Shown in pieces: positions 9,784-19,560 of a DNA stretch of 64,000 nucleotides (its first letter is position 1; every line of letters starts with the position of its first letter). Both the position numbers and the translations under genes were made by a program. The notes beneath the pieces were generated by a model. That model searched no databases. It saw nothing but the letters and a program-made list of their open reading frames with translations, and was not told the DNA's origin. Where the stretch lies: NCBI GenBank assembly GCA_965208105.1, contig OZ242318.1, forward strand, positions 672,001 through 736,000, given 5' to 3'. The stretch is from Candidatus Latescibacterota bacterium. GTDB lineage: Bacteria > Latescibacterota > UBA2968 > UBA8231.

Positions 9784-11157
9784 TCAACCCAAGGAGGCCA
9801 CGACCCTTGCCTCCCTCAGTGTGTGGATGGTTTCGCCGAAGGCCTCGAGGACCCGCTCGATATCCGCCTGGGTGTGCGCCGCCGAGGTCATTCCCCCCGT
9901 GTAGGAAAGCAGCTCCACCCCGCGGATCTGGAGGTTCTTCTGAAAACCCCTCACCACGGTGGCGGGAATGCCTTTGAGGACGGCCGCGTCGCTGGTGTGG
10001 AGAGCGCTGCGGGTGGCCGCTCCGGAGCCTGGGGCCGCTTCCAGGTAGACGTGGAAGATCGACGCGTCGCCGTAGACATAACCGCTGGCGCGCTCGCGCT
10101 CCAGCAGCGCTTCCATGCCGGAGCGCAGGAGCCCGGCCATGCGGTCGGCGTGGGCCTGGGGATCGCCGCTGCGCGTCTGTTTCAGGGTGGCGATCCCCGC
10201 TGCCGCCGAGAGGGGACTCGCGTTGAAGGTGCCCATGTGCTGCACCCTCTGATGGCGGTCGCGCCGGGGATCTCCGCAGAACTCGAGAAGCCCCATGACG
10301 TCGGAGCGCCCCGCAACCACTCCCCCCGGCATGCCCCCGGCGACGATCTTGCCCATCACCGTCAGGTCGGGTGTGACACCGGCGTATTGCTGGTATCCTC
10401 CGGGGCTGTAGCGAAATCCCGTGACCACCTCGTCGTATATGAGGAGGACGTCGCGCGCTTCCGTGATCCGGCGCAACTCGCGGTTGAAGTCCACCCCCAG
10501 GGGCACGGTTCCCCAGGAGGCCCCCGATGGCTCCAGCATGACCGCGGCTATGCCTTCATCGGCGCGCAGGGTCTCATCCACCACGTTCAGATCGGCGGGG
10601 ACTATCAGGGTGGTCTCGAGCCGGGTCGCCGGAATGCCCAGGGAAACCGGGGCATCGAAGGGGGGCATCGCCCCCCTGCCCACGTCGTCGTGCCAGCCGC
10701 TGAAGTGGCCCTCGAATCGCAGAATCTTGTCGCAGCTTTTGAAGGCGCGCGCCAGCCGCACCGACAGCATGGCTCCTTCGGTCCCCGAGTTGACGAATCT
10801 GACCCGCTCCGCAGATGGGATGGCCTCCTGGATGAGCTCGGCCCACTCCACCTGAAGGGGGTGGTCCTGCCCGAAGTGAAAGCCATTCTCCAGGGCCGCG
10901 CCCACGGCCTGCAGCACCTCCGGGGGCGAGTGTCCGAGGAGTATGGCACCATTGCCGAGACCGCAGTCGATCATCTCGTTGCCGTCCATGTCCCACATGC
11001 GGGATCCGGACCCCCGCTGGATGTAGGTCGGACAGGGAGGACTGAAGCGCATGTCGTGTCCGACCCCGCCGGCTATGCATGCCCTGGCGCGCTCGTACAA
11101 GGCACCGCAATTGGGGCGCTGACGGGCAAATTCCTCGAGCCAGAATTCAACTGTCAT
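9784..11157 (-). CDS. Class III PLP aminotransferase (glutamate-1-semialdehyde aminomutase-like)
   Basis: RFVNSGTE, FEGHFSGWHD, LIYDEVVTGFR, DLTVMGKIVAGG (PLP Lys), HMGTFN. Confidence 0.88.
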   Translation of the reverse strand: MTVEFWLEEFARQRPNCGALYERARACIAGGVGHDMRFSPPCPTYIQRGSGSRMWDMDGNEMIDCGLGNGAILLGHSPPEVLQAVGAALENGFHFGQDHPLQVEWAELIQEAIPSAERVRFVNSGTEGAMLSVRLARAFKSCDKILRFEGHFSGWHDDVGRGAMPPFDAPVSLGIPATRLETTLIVPADLNVVDETLRADEGIAAVMLEPSGASWGTVPLGVDFNRELRRITEARDVLLIYDEVVTGFRYSPGGYQQYAGVTPDLTVMGKIVAGGMPGGVVAGRSDVMGLLEFCGDPRRDRHQRVQHMGTFNASPLSAAAGIATLKQTRSGDPQAHADRMAGLLRSGMEALLERERASGYVYGDASIFHVYLEAAPGSGAATRSALHTSDAAVLKGIPATVVRGFQKNLQIRGVELLSYTGGMTSAAHTQADIERVLEAFGETIHTLREARVVASLG

Positions 11158-11262
11158 GTGACTTCTTCCTGACGATCAACCTGGAGCGGGGCCTCGAGGA
11201 GCCCTCGGCCCTCTTTCCAGTCGGTAATGGCGGCGAAACCCGGCCCCGGCGCAGCAGGTGTT

Positions 11263-12504
11263 TCAGGCCCCCGGCGCCACCAGCTTTACCATGACCACAC
11301 TGACTGCCCCGACGATGAGGGCGGCGGCCAACCCGACGCTGATCGGCTTGAGTCCCAGGCCCCGCAACCTGGTCAGACTCGTACCCAACCCCACGCCGGC
11401 CATGGCCAGGGCCAGGCACCACCGGGCCGCCGCATCCGCCCGCCCGACGAGGTGGTCCCAGCCCTGCCGGTCGAAAAGGCCCAGGGACTGGGAGCCAATA
11501 TCTCCGAGGGACCGCAGAAGGACCATTGCCACGAACCCCAGGACGAAGAGCGGCACCATCCGGTACCATTTCTCCCGCACTCTTCCGTGCTGCCCCGAGC
11601 GCTGATAGAGCATGGCGATCAAGGGAATTACGGCGACCATGAAGGTGTTGCGAACCAGCTTGGTCGCCGTGGCCGCGTCGAGGGCGACCGGGGCGGCGTA
11701 GCGCTCGGCATAGAGAAGCCCGGCCCCGGCCACCTGGGCGGTGTCGTGGACCGCGGTGCCCAGAAAGAGGCCGGCCATCAGCGGGTCGCCATCGAAAATC
11801 CAGAACGAAAGGAAAGGATAGGCGAGAAGTCCGATCAATCCGAAAATGGTCACGCATGCCACCGCGTAGCCCACTTCGTCCTCGTCGGCGTCTATGGCCG
11901 CGCTGGTGGCCATCACCGCGCTGACGCCGCAGATGCTGGTTCCCACCGCGATCAGGCTGCCCAGTCTCCGGGGCAGATCGAGGACGCGGTTGAACCAGTT
12001 CACCACCACCAGCGCGGTGGCGATGCAGCAGACGACCACGGGCAGGCAGAGGAGGCCGATCTGGCCCAGCGCACCTAGACTCAGGCGCAGGCCGAGCAGC
12101 ACGATGCCGAGGCGCAGCAACCTTCTGACACAGAGACCCAGCCCCTTTTCGTAGGACGAAGGAAGGCCGACGATGTTGCGGATCAACAGACCGAGGACCA
12201 CCATCACCAGGACCGCGCTGACTGGGACCTGATCGACCCCACCCAGCGAATCCCCGGCCCACGCCGCCAGGGCCTTGCCGAGCAAAGCCACGCCGAGGGC
12301 AAGGGCCAGCCCCGGCAGCATGAGCCCGAGACTGTCGAACGACCTGTAGAGAAAATTCTGCCATCGGGTCCGGGCTTCCTTCTCCCCCGGCAACTCGTTG
12401 GTCAGGGGCCAGTCGTGCAAGCCCTCGAATCCGGCCATCCAGTTGGCCAACTCGGGGTTGGCGTAGGGATTGCCGGAGTTGCCGGCGCGCCTGCGATCGG
12501 TCAA
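11263..12504 (-). CDS. YeiH/UPF0324 putative sulfate exporter family membrane protein
   Basis: LLRLGIVLLG, GTSICGVSA, GTAVHDTAQV, KLVRN, AMAGVGL. Confidence 0.88.
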   Translation of the reverse strand: MTDRRRAGNSGNPYANPELANWMAGFEGLHDWPLTNELPGEKEARTRWQNFLYRSFDSLGLMLPGLALALGVALLGKALAAWAGDSLGGVDQVPVSAVLVMVVLGLLIRNIVGLPSSYEKGLGLCVRRLLRLGIVLLGLRLSLGALGQIGLLCLPVVVCCIATALVVVNWFNRVLDLPRRLGSLIAVGTSICGVSAVMATSAAIDADEDEVGYAVACVTIFGLIGLLAYPFLSFWIFDGDPLMAGLFLGTAVHDTAQVAGAGLLYAERYAAPVALDAATATKLVRNTFMVAVIPLIAMLYQRSGQHGRVREKWYRMVPLFVLGFVAMVLLRSLGDIGSQSLGLFDRQGWDHLVGRADAAARWCLALAMAGVGLGTSLTRLRGLGLKPISVGLAAALIVGAVSVVMVKLVAPGA

Positions 12505-12567
12505 TGCCCACCTCCCTCGGGCTCGAAGGGCCAGCGCTGCGCAAGGGCCCCTTGGGAGAACTCAGGG

Positions 12568-13647
12568 TCAATCCGCCCCCGTGGAATCCCCGCTTGGAGC
12601 GGAGGAGTCTCCCGCGACCGCACTGGCAATGCGCCAGTTGCCGCTGCGGTCGCAGGCCGCGTAGTACATCCGGTAGCTGCCCGCGCCGATCTTCACCAGC
12701 GACATGTCCTCCGCGTGGACGGCGTCTATTCCCTCCCGGCCATGCCCGCGGCCTTCGATGACGCAAGCTCCCCGCTCCCACTTCAGTCCGTCCTTCGAGG
12801 CGGCGGCGAAAATCCGCGATCTGTAGCCCGCCAGGTCCGAGGCGATGGATGCGGAGGCGAACTCCTCCGCCGACATGTTCCTGGCCGTCGCGGCGTCCTG
12901 GCTTGGATGCAAGGGTACCTCCGTGCCCTCCGGCACGTCCTGCCACGCCGAAAAGAACATGGTCCAGGAGCCGCCGTTCGCAGGTGGGAATACCTCCGCC
13001 GCGGTGATTCCCGCGGTGTCGTATTCGGACTGCCGGTGGCGCAGGCGAAACCCCGGTTCGAACTCGAAGTCGAGGCCGTCGGCGGTCGTGGCGCTGACCA
13101 CTCCCTGCAACAGCCTCCTTCCCCTTCCAGGGCCTCCGGGGCCGAACTCGGCGCTCCAGCAATAGAGTCGTCCTCCGCCCCCGGGCAGGGGCAGGAAGCG
13201 GGGTCCTCCCAGGTTCCCCAGTCCGCGCAGGCGAATGCCCTCTTCGAGCTCCCAGTCCAGCATATCGGCGGACAGAGCGCTGCAAATTACCGTCGGCTCA
13301 TCGGCCGCGCCGCGGGACTCGAAGTACATGCGCCAGGTGCCGCCGTCACAGCGGACCAGGGTCGAGCAAAGCACCCGGTGCGACATGTGCGGCAAGGAGG
13401 GACGAGGGCTCAGGCGAATGCCAGGTTCAGGAGTGAAGACCAGGCCATCCTCGGAGACAGCGCTGAGAATATACCCCTGGCACACCGGAAACGGCCGGGC
13501 GGGGCCCAGGCCGGTGTAGAACATCCTGAAGCCTCCGGAGGCCAGGCGCACGATACAGGGCGCCAGCACCTTCGACATGTCCAGGTCGCGGGAGCCCTGC
13601 AGCCTCGCGCCGGCTTCCCTGCGCCACTGCCACCTGCTGTCCACCAT
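12568..13647 (-). CDS. Beta-propeller protein with Asp-box-like repeats (glycoside hydrolase-like)
   Basis: Repeats SEDGLVF, SADMLDW, TADGLDF, SKDGLKW and RMFY/RMYF/RMYY strands; start uncertain (13647 or 13731). Confidence 0.65.
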   Translation of the reverse strand: MVDSRWQWRREAGARLQGSRDLDMSKVLAPCIVRLASGGFRMFYTGLGPARPFPVCQGYILSAVSEDGLVFTPEPGIRLSPRPSLPHMSHRVLCSTLVRCDGGTWRMYFESRGAADEPTVICSALSADMLDWELEEGIRLRGLGNLGGPRFLPLPGGGGRLYCWSAEFGPGGPGRGRRLLQGVVSATTADGLDFEFEPGFRLRHRQSEYDTAGITAAEVFPPANGGSWTMFFSAWQDVPEGTEVPLHPSQDAATARNMSAEEFASASIASDLAGYRSRIFAAASKDGLKWERGACVIEGRGHGREGIDAVHAEDMSLVKIGAGSYRMYYAACDRSGNWRIASAVAGDSSAPSGDSTGAD

Positions 13648-13825
13648 ACCCCTGCTCCTTCGGCGCGAAATCCTGCTCTCGCCGGCGAATTCGACAGGAA
13701 TTATAAAAGACCTTATCCTGTGGACAGTCAAGCTCGGAGCTGACGGGTGAGGACCTCATCCAGGGTCCTGGCAGCGTGGACGCCGGGCAGTGCAATACTC
13801 CGAACCTCCTGGGAAAGGATCGATC

Positions 13826-14635
13826 ATGCCTTGGGACACCTTCTACTACAACCACCGATGGTGGATCACCCGGGACCGCAGCCTGGTCGGAGGCTATTCG
13901 GCCAACCGCCTGCGCCCCTATGTCTTTCCCTTATACACTCCGGAAGGAATGCTGGTTCTTCAGGAGGCCCCTCCCGATCACCCCCACCATCAGGGGATCT
14001 GCGCAGGGCTGGAAATAGACGGTCACGACATCTGGAACGCCGGCTCCGGCGACAAACCCCCGCACCGGCAGGAAATGGACCCCTCCGCCGCCGAACTGCA
14101 GCCGGTGACAGACGCCGCCGGGGTCAGCTTCGAGCACGAGGTCAATTGGACCACGGTCGGCGGCAAGGCCCTGTTGCTGGAAAAGCGCTGCGTCGCCTTC
14201 AGCTTTCGCTCCGGCCTCAACCTGGTGACCTGGCATTCCACCTTTGCCGCGGCGGGCGATGCGGTTTCCCTGGGGAAGACCAAGGAGGCCGGCATAGGAG
14301 TCCGGGTGACGCCCCACTGGGAAACCAGGCTGGGAGGCGAGATTCGCAATGCCGCCGGCGCACGCGGAGAGCAGGGGTGTTTCGACCAGCGGTCGCCGTG
14401 GCTGAGCGTGGAGGGCAGCGCCGACGGAGAGGGAATGGCGGGGGTCGTCCTCAGGCCGCTGAGCTCAACCGAAGCCTGTCCCTGGTTCACCCGCGACTAC
14501 GGCCTCCACCTCTACAACCCCCTGCGCCACCACGCGGTGAACCTGGCCTCGGGAGACTCCTTGAGTTGGGCGATGGAGATCGCGGCTTATGACGGCGCCA
14601 GGACCACGGAGGAGCTGAACGGGTTGTTCGCCTGA
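13826..14635 (+). CDS. DUF6807/'PmoA-family' beta-supersandwich protein (not methane monooxygenase)
   Basis: RPYVFPLYTPEG, PPDHPHHQG, WFTRDYG motifs; GGA RBS before ATG 13826. Confidence 0.7.
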   Translation: MPWDTFYYNHRWWITRDRSLVGGYSANRLRPYVFPLYTPEGMLVLQEAPPDHPHHQGICAGLEIDGHDIWNAGSGDKPPHRQEMDPSAAELQPVTDAAGVSFEHEVNWTTVGGKALLLEKRCVAFSFRSGLNLVTWHSTFAAAGDAVSLGKTKEAGIGVRVTPHWETRLGGEIRNAAGARGEQGCFDQRSPWLSVEGSADGEGMAGVVLRPLSSTEACPWFTRDYGLHLYNPLRHHAVNLASGDSLSWAMEIAAYDGARTTEELNGLFA

Positions 14636-14659
14636 GACGGAGGGCGACTTCGCTGTCCC

Positions 14660-15691
14660 TCAGGGGTTGAAATACCTCCTCAGGAATGGCCACGCCCCCT
14701 CGCTGTAGTAGCGGTGCCCACCCGCGCCCACGTACAGGCTGCAATGCTCTCCGGCGCCGGCGGCGGCGTAGATTTCCCGCAGCCGCCGATAGGCGTATTT
14801 CACCTGCCGCAGCGGAAATATCCCGTCGTCCCTTCCGGCTATGGCCGCAAATGGGCGCGGAGCGATAAGCCCCGCGACGTCGTACATCTCTCCCAGACGC
14901 AGAATTCCGGGAAGGTAGTTGCACTCGCAGTGGCCGATTGTCCCGATGCTGCCTTCGAAGGTACAGAAATAACAGCCCGGCATCGCCACCGCGATGCGGC
15001 TGTCGCAGGCTGCGGCAAAGAGGGTCACGGTACCGCCGCCGGAATTCCCGGTCATGGCTATTCGCGCCGGGTCCACATCGAGGTTGGCGAGCGCCCAGTC
15101 GATGAGGCAGCCCATGTCCCACACGCGCTCGCCGATGGGGGTGCGCCCGGCCAGCAGGCCGTGGAGGAGCTGGGAACGGCATGAACTGGTGCTGTCCTCG
15201 GCCTGGTCCTTTTCCGTGCGCGTTTCCCCGAACCCCCGCGTCGTGGGGGCGATGGCTATGTATCCCTCGCGCACGGCCTGCACGGCGATATCCCGCTGGC
15301 CGGAGACCGCCTCGGCCTCCTCCTTTTCGTTCCTGCAAATTCCGGCGTAGAGATGCGGGTGGTTGTGTCCGTGGGGGGTGAGGACCAGGGGCCTAGGTCC
15401 CGCGGGGGACCGGGGCCGAAGAAGATAAAACGGCAGCGGAACGGTGGGCTCCACCTGTATGTGCCAGATTTCGCGGACATGGTCTCCCATGTCCTCCGAG
15501 GACCTTCTCTCGGCCGCCGGAGCGTGGCCCGCGAGGTCCGCCTCGAGGTTGTCGAGGCCTAGAACCTGGCGCAGCCTCGGGCGGAATGCCCGCTGCCATG
15601 CCTCCAGCTCCGGGCGCGAGCGGGCGCGAAACCCGAACGCGGGCCGGAATGCCCGGTAGGTGGACCTGAAATGCCTGACTGAATCATACAT
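14660..15691 (-). CDS. Alpha/beta hydrolase (dienelactone hydrolase / acetylxylan esterase-like)
   Basis: GNSGGG nucleophile elbow, HCECNYLPG, LIAPRP, GRDD, GGHRY. Confidence 0.85.
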   Translation of the reverse strand: MYDSVRHFRSTYRAFRPAFGFRARSRPELEAWQRAFRPRLRQVLGLDNLEADLAGHAPAAERRSSEDMGDHVREIWHIQVEPTVPLPFYLLRPRSPAGPRPLVLTPHGHNHPHLYAGICRNEKEEAEAVSGQRDIAVQAVREGYIAIAPTTRGFGETRTEKDQAEDSTSSCRSQLLHGLLAGRTPIGERVWDMGCLIDWALANLDVDPARIAMTGNSGGGTVTLFAAACDSRIAVAMPGCYFCTFEGSIGTIGHCECNYLPGILRLGEMYDVAGLIAPRPFAAIAGRDDGIFPLRQVKYAYRRLREIYAAAGAGEHCSLYVGAGGHRYYSEGAWPFLRRYFNP

Positions 15692-15810
15692 GCAGCGGCT
15701 CCTTCGTCAGGGGCAGGCCGGCACCATGCCGCCAAGGGAACGAGAGAGGACGGCGCCTGGAGAATCGAAGCCCGCCTCCCGACCTTCTCTCTCCGGTTGA
15801 TGCGCTGCCC

Positions 15811-17769
15811 CTACCACCCGTGGAGATGGTGGGCTTCGGAGGGGAACCAGATCAGGTCCACGACTGCTGACAGAATGATCCCGCTCGCATAGCCGATGGC
15901 CAACCCGTAAAAGAACGGTTTTCCCGCCAGGTAAGCGCGCACGCCACCGTAGCGCAGGAGGGTTACCTTGACCGCGCACACCAGCAACAGGCTGAACCAG
16001 TAGAGCCAGGTGCCGAAGGTGTACTGGAACGCCGGCCCGATGGGATGGAGGGGGAACCAGTGGAGGCGGGCGCGCAGAAAGGCGATCCCCGCCGCCTCGA
16101 AGAAACCCCAGAGCCAGACTACCCACTTGCCCAGGTCCAGGGTGGTCAGGCGCTCCACGTTGGCCAGACTGTCGAAGAACACCATTCCATAACCTCCCCC
16201 GATCACCGAGAAACCTCCGCGCTCGTAGGACAGGTCCAGGTAGGAGCCGATTATCACCAGAAAGCCCACCGGGAAGGCCACCAAGACGGCAGCAACCACC
16301 CACCCGGGCTGGTCCCGCAACGAGAAGATGCGCAGGTGGTGGGGAATAGCCGGCCAGGCCGGAATGCGAAAGGTGGAGAAGAAGGCGTGGGATGTGAAGA
16401 GCTTGAAGCCCACCAGGTCGCGCGGCGATATGTTGGCGGTGCCCACCAGGTCGACGATGAAGGACTCTCCCTTGAGGTGGGGCATGTTGGGGAACAGGTA
16501 GGCGAACCCGGTGGCCGCGATGAGCTTGATGGTGACGAAGTACACCAGCGCCATGAGGACGAAGACCCCAGCGGCCAGGGGAAGGCTCATCCCCAGCCAT
16601 ACTCCCCAGGCCACTATGTAGGCCCCGGAAAGCACCAGGCCAACCACCGCCAGGCGGTAGTGCGCCACGTCGCGGCGGTCGCCCGATCCCGAGCTCACCA
16701 GCCCCCAAACCCGCCTGAGATGTTTGCGCGCCAGCCAGATGGACCAGAGCGCCAGAAAGATGAGGGCGCCGTAGCTCTCCATGTAGAGGATGTCCCAGTT
16801 CTCCAGCTGCTGCCCCTCGTCACCGACGCTGACGCCCAGGCGCCGGATCATCCACTCCTTGGGCACGCTCAGCCAGTAGAACACCAGGAGGCTGGCGAGA
16901 ATGTCCAGGGGGCAGAGGTAGGCCAGAGCGAGGACCGGCGGCATCACCCTGAACCAGATTCCCCTGGGCAGATGCTGGCTGATCTGGACATTGTAGTGTT
17001 CGAAGAAGACATCCATCCTGGGCAGGCCCAGGGCGAAGTAGGTGATGATGTTGTAGAAGATGGTCAGGAAGACCACCCCGAAACCCAGCCAGAACAGGTA
17101 GGAGCGGAAGATGTCCGGCATGCGCCTCGGACCATCGAACCCCCGCGTCATCTCCAGGGGCATCTGGGCAAGGGGGAAAGTAAGCTTCTCGGCCTCGGTC
17201 CAATGGCGCTGGAACAGGGCGACCACGCACAGCCCGAAGACCACCATGGCCATCGACACTCCCAGCCACTGGCCGATCATGCCGGTCCAGCCGTACCAAG
17301 GCAGCTCCGCTCCCGAGGGGGACCCCATCCAGAATCCCTCCATCACCCAGCGCGCCGTCGATGGAAATATGTGCCATGGGACGAATGGAAAGACCGCATC
17401 CGCCCACTGATTTTCGGGGGTGGCGAAATAGCCGGGCGCCGCCACCAGGCTGAGCCAGTAGTTCATCCAGCCGCACTGGGGCAAGGTGCCAACCACCCAG
17501 ACCATCACGAAGATGGTCAGGACCTCGCCCCGGCGCAGCGCCATCCGCGGCCACAGGCGCTTGAGCCCCACGTTGGCGAAGAGCCAGATCACGAAGGGCA
17601 ACCACACCGTCATGGGAAACTGCGACTTCACGTAGCTCCCCGTGCGCATCCCCTGCCCAACGTAGGCCGAGTAGGTGAACACCGCGGCTATGGTCAGGAC
17701 TCCCAGGACGAGGGCCCTCAAGGAAATCCTCGGCAGCCCTTCATGTTGTCGATCTGGTTCGCGTCTCAT
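15811..17769 (-). CDS. Polytopic membrane protein, DUF6785/DUF6784-like (putative transporter)
   Basis: Many TM helices; YFATPENQW, W...EKLTFPLAQMP, WFPLHPIG motifs. Confidence 0.7.
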   Translation of the reverse strand: MRREPDRQHEGLPRISLRALVLGVLTIAAVFTYSAYVGQGMRTGSYVKSQFPMTVWLPFVIWLFANVGLKRLWPRMALRRGEVLTIFVMVWVVGTLPQCGWMNYWLSLVAAPGYFATPENQWADAVFPFVPWHIFPSTARWVMEGFWMGSPSGAELPWYGWTGMIGQWLGVSMAMVVFGLCVVALFQRHWTEAEKLTFPLAQMPLEMTRGFDGPRRMPDIFRSYLFWLGFGVVFLTIFYNIITYFALGLPRMDVFFEHYNVQISQHLPRGIWFRVMPPVLALAYLCPLDILASLLVFYWLSVPKEWMIRRLGVSVGDEGQQLENWDILYMESYGALIFLALWSIWLARKHLRRVWGLVSSGSGDRRDVAHYRLAVVGLVLSGAYIVAWGVWLGMSLPLAAGVFVLMALVYFVTIKLIAATGFAYLFPNMPHLKGESFIVDLVGTANISPRDLVGFKLFTSHAFFSTFRIPAWPAIPHHLRIFSLRDQPGWVVAAVLVAFPVGFLVIIGSYLDLSYERGGFSVIGGGYGMVFFDSLANVERLTTLDLGKWVVWLWGFFEAAGIAFLRARLHWFPLHPIGPAFQYTFGTWLYWFSLLLVCAVKVTLLRYGGVRAYLAGKPFFYGLAIGYASGIILSAVVDLIWFPSEAHHLHGW

Positions 17770-17842
17770 AGTCTGAAACCGGCAAAGCTATCGAACGGGC
17801 GGGGACCGGACACTCTCCCGATCACCTGATCGACGGGGCCGA

Positions 17843-18682
17843 CTACCCCTTCAACGCCCCCTCGGTCAATCCGCCGATAATCCTTCTCTGCAGGAAGAGG
17901 AACACCACGATCAGCGGCACCGCCACGATCACGATCGCCGCCGAGAGGACGCCGAATGCCCAGGACTGGGCCTCGTCTTTCAGGTAGGTGATTCCCACCG
18001 CCAGGGTGGTGGACTGAGGAAGGGAGTTCAAGGTCACAGCGTAGGTGTACTCCTTCCAGCACGACAAAAAGGTCATCAGAATCACCACAACCATCGACGG
18101 CTGCGCAATGGGCAGCATCACCCTCCACCAGATGGTGAACTCCCCGGCGCCGTCCATCTGGGCCACCTGGCGCAGATCGGCGGGGATTGCGAGGAAGGCC
18201 GAGCGCATGATAAGGATCCCGACGGGGAGAAACATCGCCGCGTAAGGGAGTATCAACCCCGGAAGGGTATTCAAAAGGCCCAGCTTCACCTCCATCTCGT
18301 AGATGGGCATCAGCATCATCATCCACGGGACCGCCATGATGAACAGGAGAAACCCCAGCATGAGGCGCTTGCCCGCGAACTGCAGGTGGGCAAGGGCATA
18401 GCCGCACAACGAACTGACCAGCAGCACCGCCGCCACCGTCGCCAAGGTGATCTTGATGGTGTTGAAGCAGTACACCGGAAAATCACCCAGTTGGCTGTAG
18501 ACGTGAGCGTAGTGTTCGAGGGTGGGCTCCAGAGGCAGGAAGTGGAAGTCGCGGGCGGCGTAAATCTCCCTTTCAGGCTTGATGCTCGTCAGCCCGATCC
18601 ACAACATCGGAGAAAGATATATCAAGGCGAAAGCGGCCAGCAGGAAACCCAGGATTCCTCTTTCCCATCTCGCCGCGATCAC
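17843..18682 (-). CDS. Carbohydrate ABC transporter permease (MalG-like)
   Basis: GTG start overlapping upstream TGA (GTGA); EAA-loop-like IPADLRQVAQMDGAG, ends GLTEGALKG. Confidence 0.9.
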   Translation of the reverse strand: MIAARWERGILGFLLAAFALIYLSPMLWIGLTSIKPEREIYAARDFHFLPLEPTLEHYAHVYSQLGDFPVYCFNTIKITLATVAAVLLVSSLCGYALAHLQFAGKRLMLGFLLFIMAVPWMMMLMPIYEMEVKLGLLNTLPGLILPYAAMFLPVGILIMRSAFLAIPADLRQVAQMDGAGEFTIWWRVMLPIAQPSMVVVILMTFLSCWKEYTYAVTLNSLPQSTTLAVGITYLKDEAQSWAFGVLSAAIVIVAVPLIVVFLFLQRRIIGGLTEGALKG

Positions 18683-19560
18683 GTCCCCTGCTCCCTGCGC
18701 GACAGCAGCAGCCGGGGCGCCGCAATGGCCATGATCATCAGGCCCAGAATGAAGGCCATCGCGCAGGCGTAGCCCATGTCGAAATACTCGAAGGCGTTCT
18801 TGAACACCCAGTGATACATGGTGAGCGTCGCCGTTCCGGGTCCCCCGTCCGTCATCACCTTCGGCAGCGCGAAAACCTTGAGCGCAGCGATCAGGGCCAA
18901 AACCAGCACCACCGTGGTGGTATGGCGCAGGGACGGCAGGGTAACGTGTAGAAAGCGGCGCAGCGGACCGGCTCCGTCGATGGCCGCAGCCTCGTAGTAC
19001 ATCCTGGGGATATTGCCCAGGCCGGCGCTGAACAGCACCACGCTCACCCCGATGCCCCAATAGCTGGTGAGCACGATGGCGGCCATGGACCATCCCACCT
19101 CCCCCAGCCAGTTCACCGCGAAGGGAGCTCCCGCCGCCGCGGATACCACCCGGTTCAGCAGTCCGAAGCGCTCCGACAGCATCCAGATGAAGATGACGGC
19201 GGCCATGGCCTCGGGGATCAACACCGGAATGAACAGCAAGGTCTGACACGTCCGCCCGAACCTGCCCAGGGCCTGGATCATCACCGCCAGCAGCAACGCC
19301 AGGCCCGCGGAAACGGGCACGTGCAGGGCGGTGAACAAAAGGGTGTTCCACATCGCCGTCCTGAAGAGCGGATCGAGCACAGCCCTGGAGTAGTTCTCCA
19401 GACCCACGAAAGCGGTTGTGTTGGACCAGATGAGGTTGTAATCGGTCAGGCTCAGCCACAGCGACCAGGCCAGGGGATAGGCCACGAATACCACCAGGAA
19501 CACCAGGGCCGGAAATGCGAAGAGGTAGCCGGAGAGGGTTTGGCGACCGGGCCTAATCAA
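18679..19560 (-). CDS. Carbohydrate ABC transporter permease (MalF-like)
   Basis: FVGLENY, IPRMYYEAAAIDGAG EAA motif, MTDGGPG. Confidence 0.92.
   Translation of the reverse strand: MIRPGRQTLSGYLFAFPALVFLVVFVAYPLAWSLWLSLTDYNLIWSNTTAFVGLENYSRAVLDPLFRTAMWNTLLFTALHVPVSAGLALLLAVMIQALGRFGRTCQTLLFIPVLIPEAMAAVIFIWMLSERFGLLNRVVSAAAGAPFAVNWLGEVGWSMAAIVLTSYWGIGVSVVLFSAGLGNIPRMYYEAAAIDGAGPLRRFLHVTLPSLRHTTTVVLVLALIAALKVFALPKVMTDGGPGTATLTMYHWVFKNAFEYFDMGYACAMAFILGLMIMAIAAPRLLLSRREQGT

Noticed and set aside
7686-9977. Long antisense ORFs (e.g. 763 aa here, also 16045-17829, 54141-56393, 30813-32384)
   Set aside because: They mirror well-supported genes on the opposite strand; expected shadow ORFs in high-GC DNA with no recognisable motifs
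9784-11157. hemL assignment
   Set aside because: No tetrapyrrole genes nearby and divergent motifs (e.g. GHFSGWHD); kept as generic class III aminotransferase
11147-13285. 712-aa Arg/Gly/Pro-rich ORF and similar alternative-frame ORFs
   Set aside because: Low-complexity off-frame translation overlapping the YeiH and propeller genes
13826-14635. Methane monooxygenase implied by the 'PmoA' family label
   Set aside because: Soluble protein with no TM helices and no pmoB/pmoC; the family name is misleading
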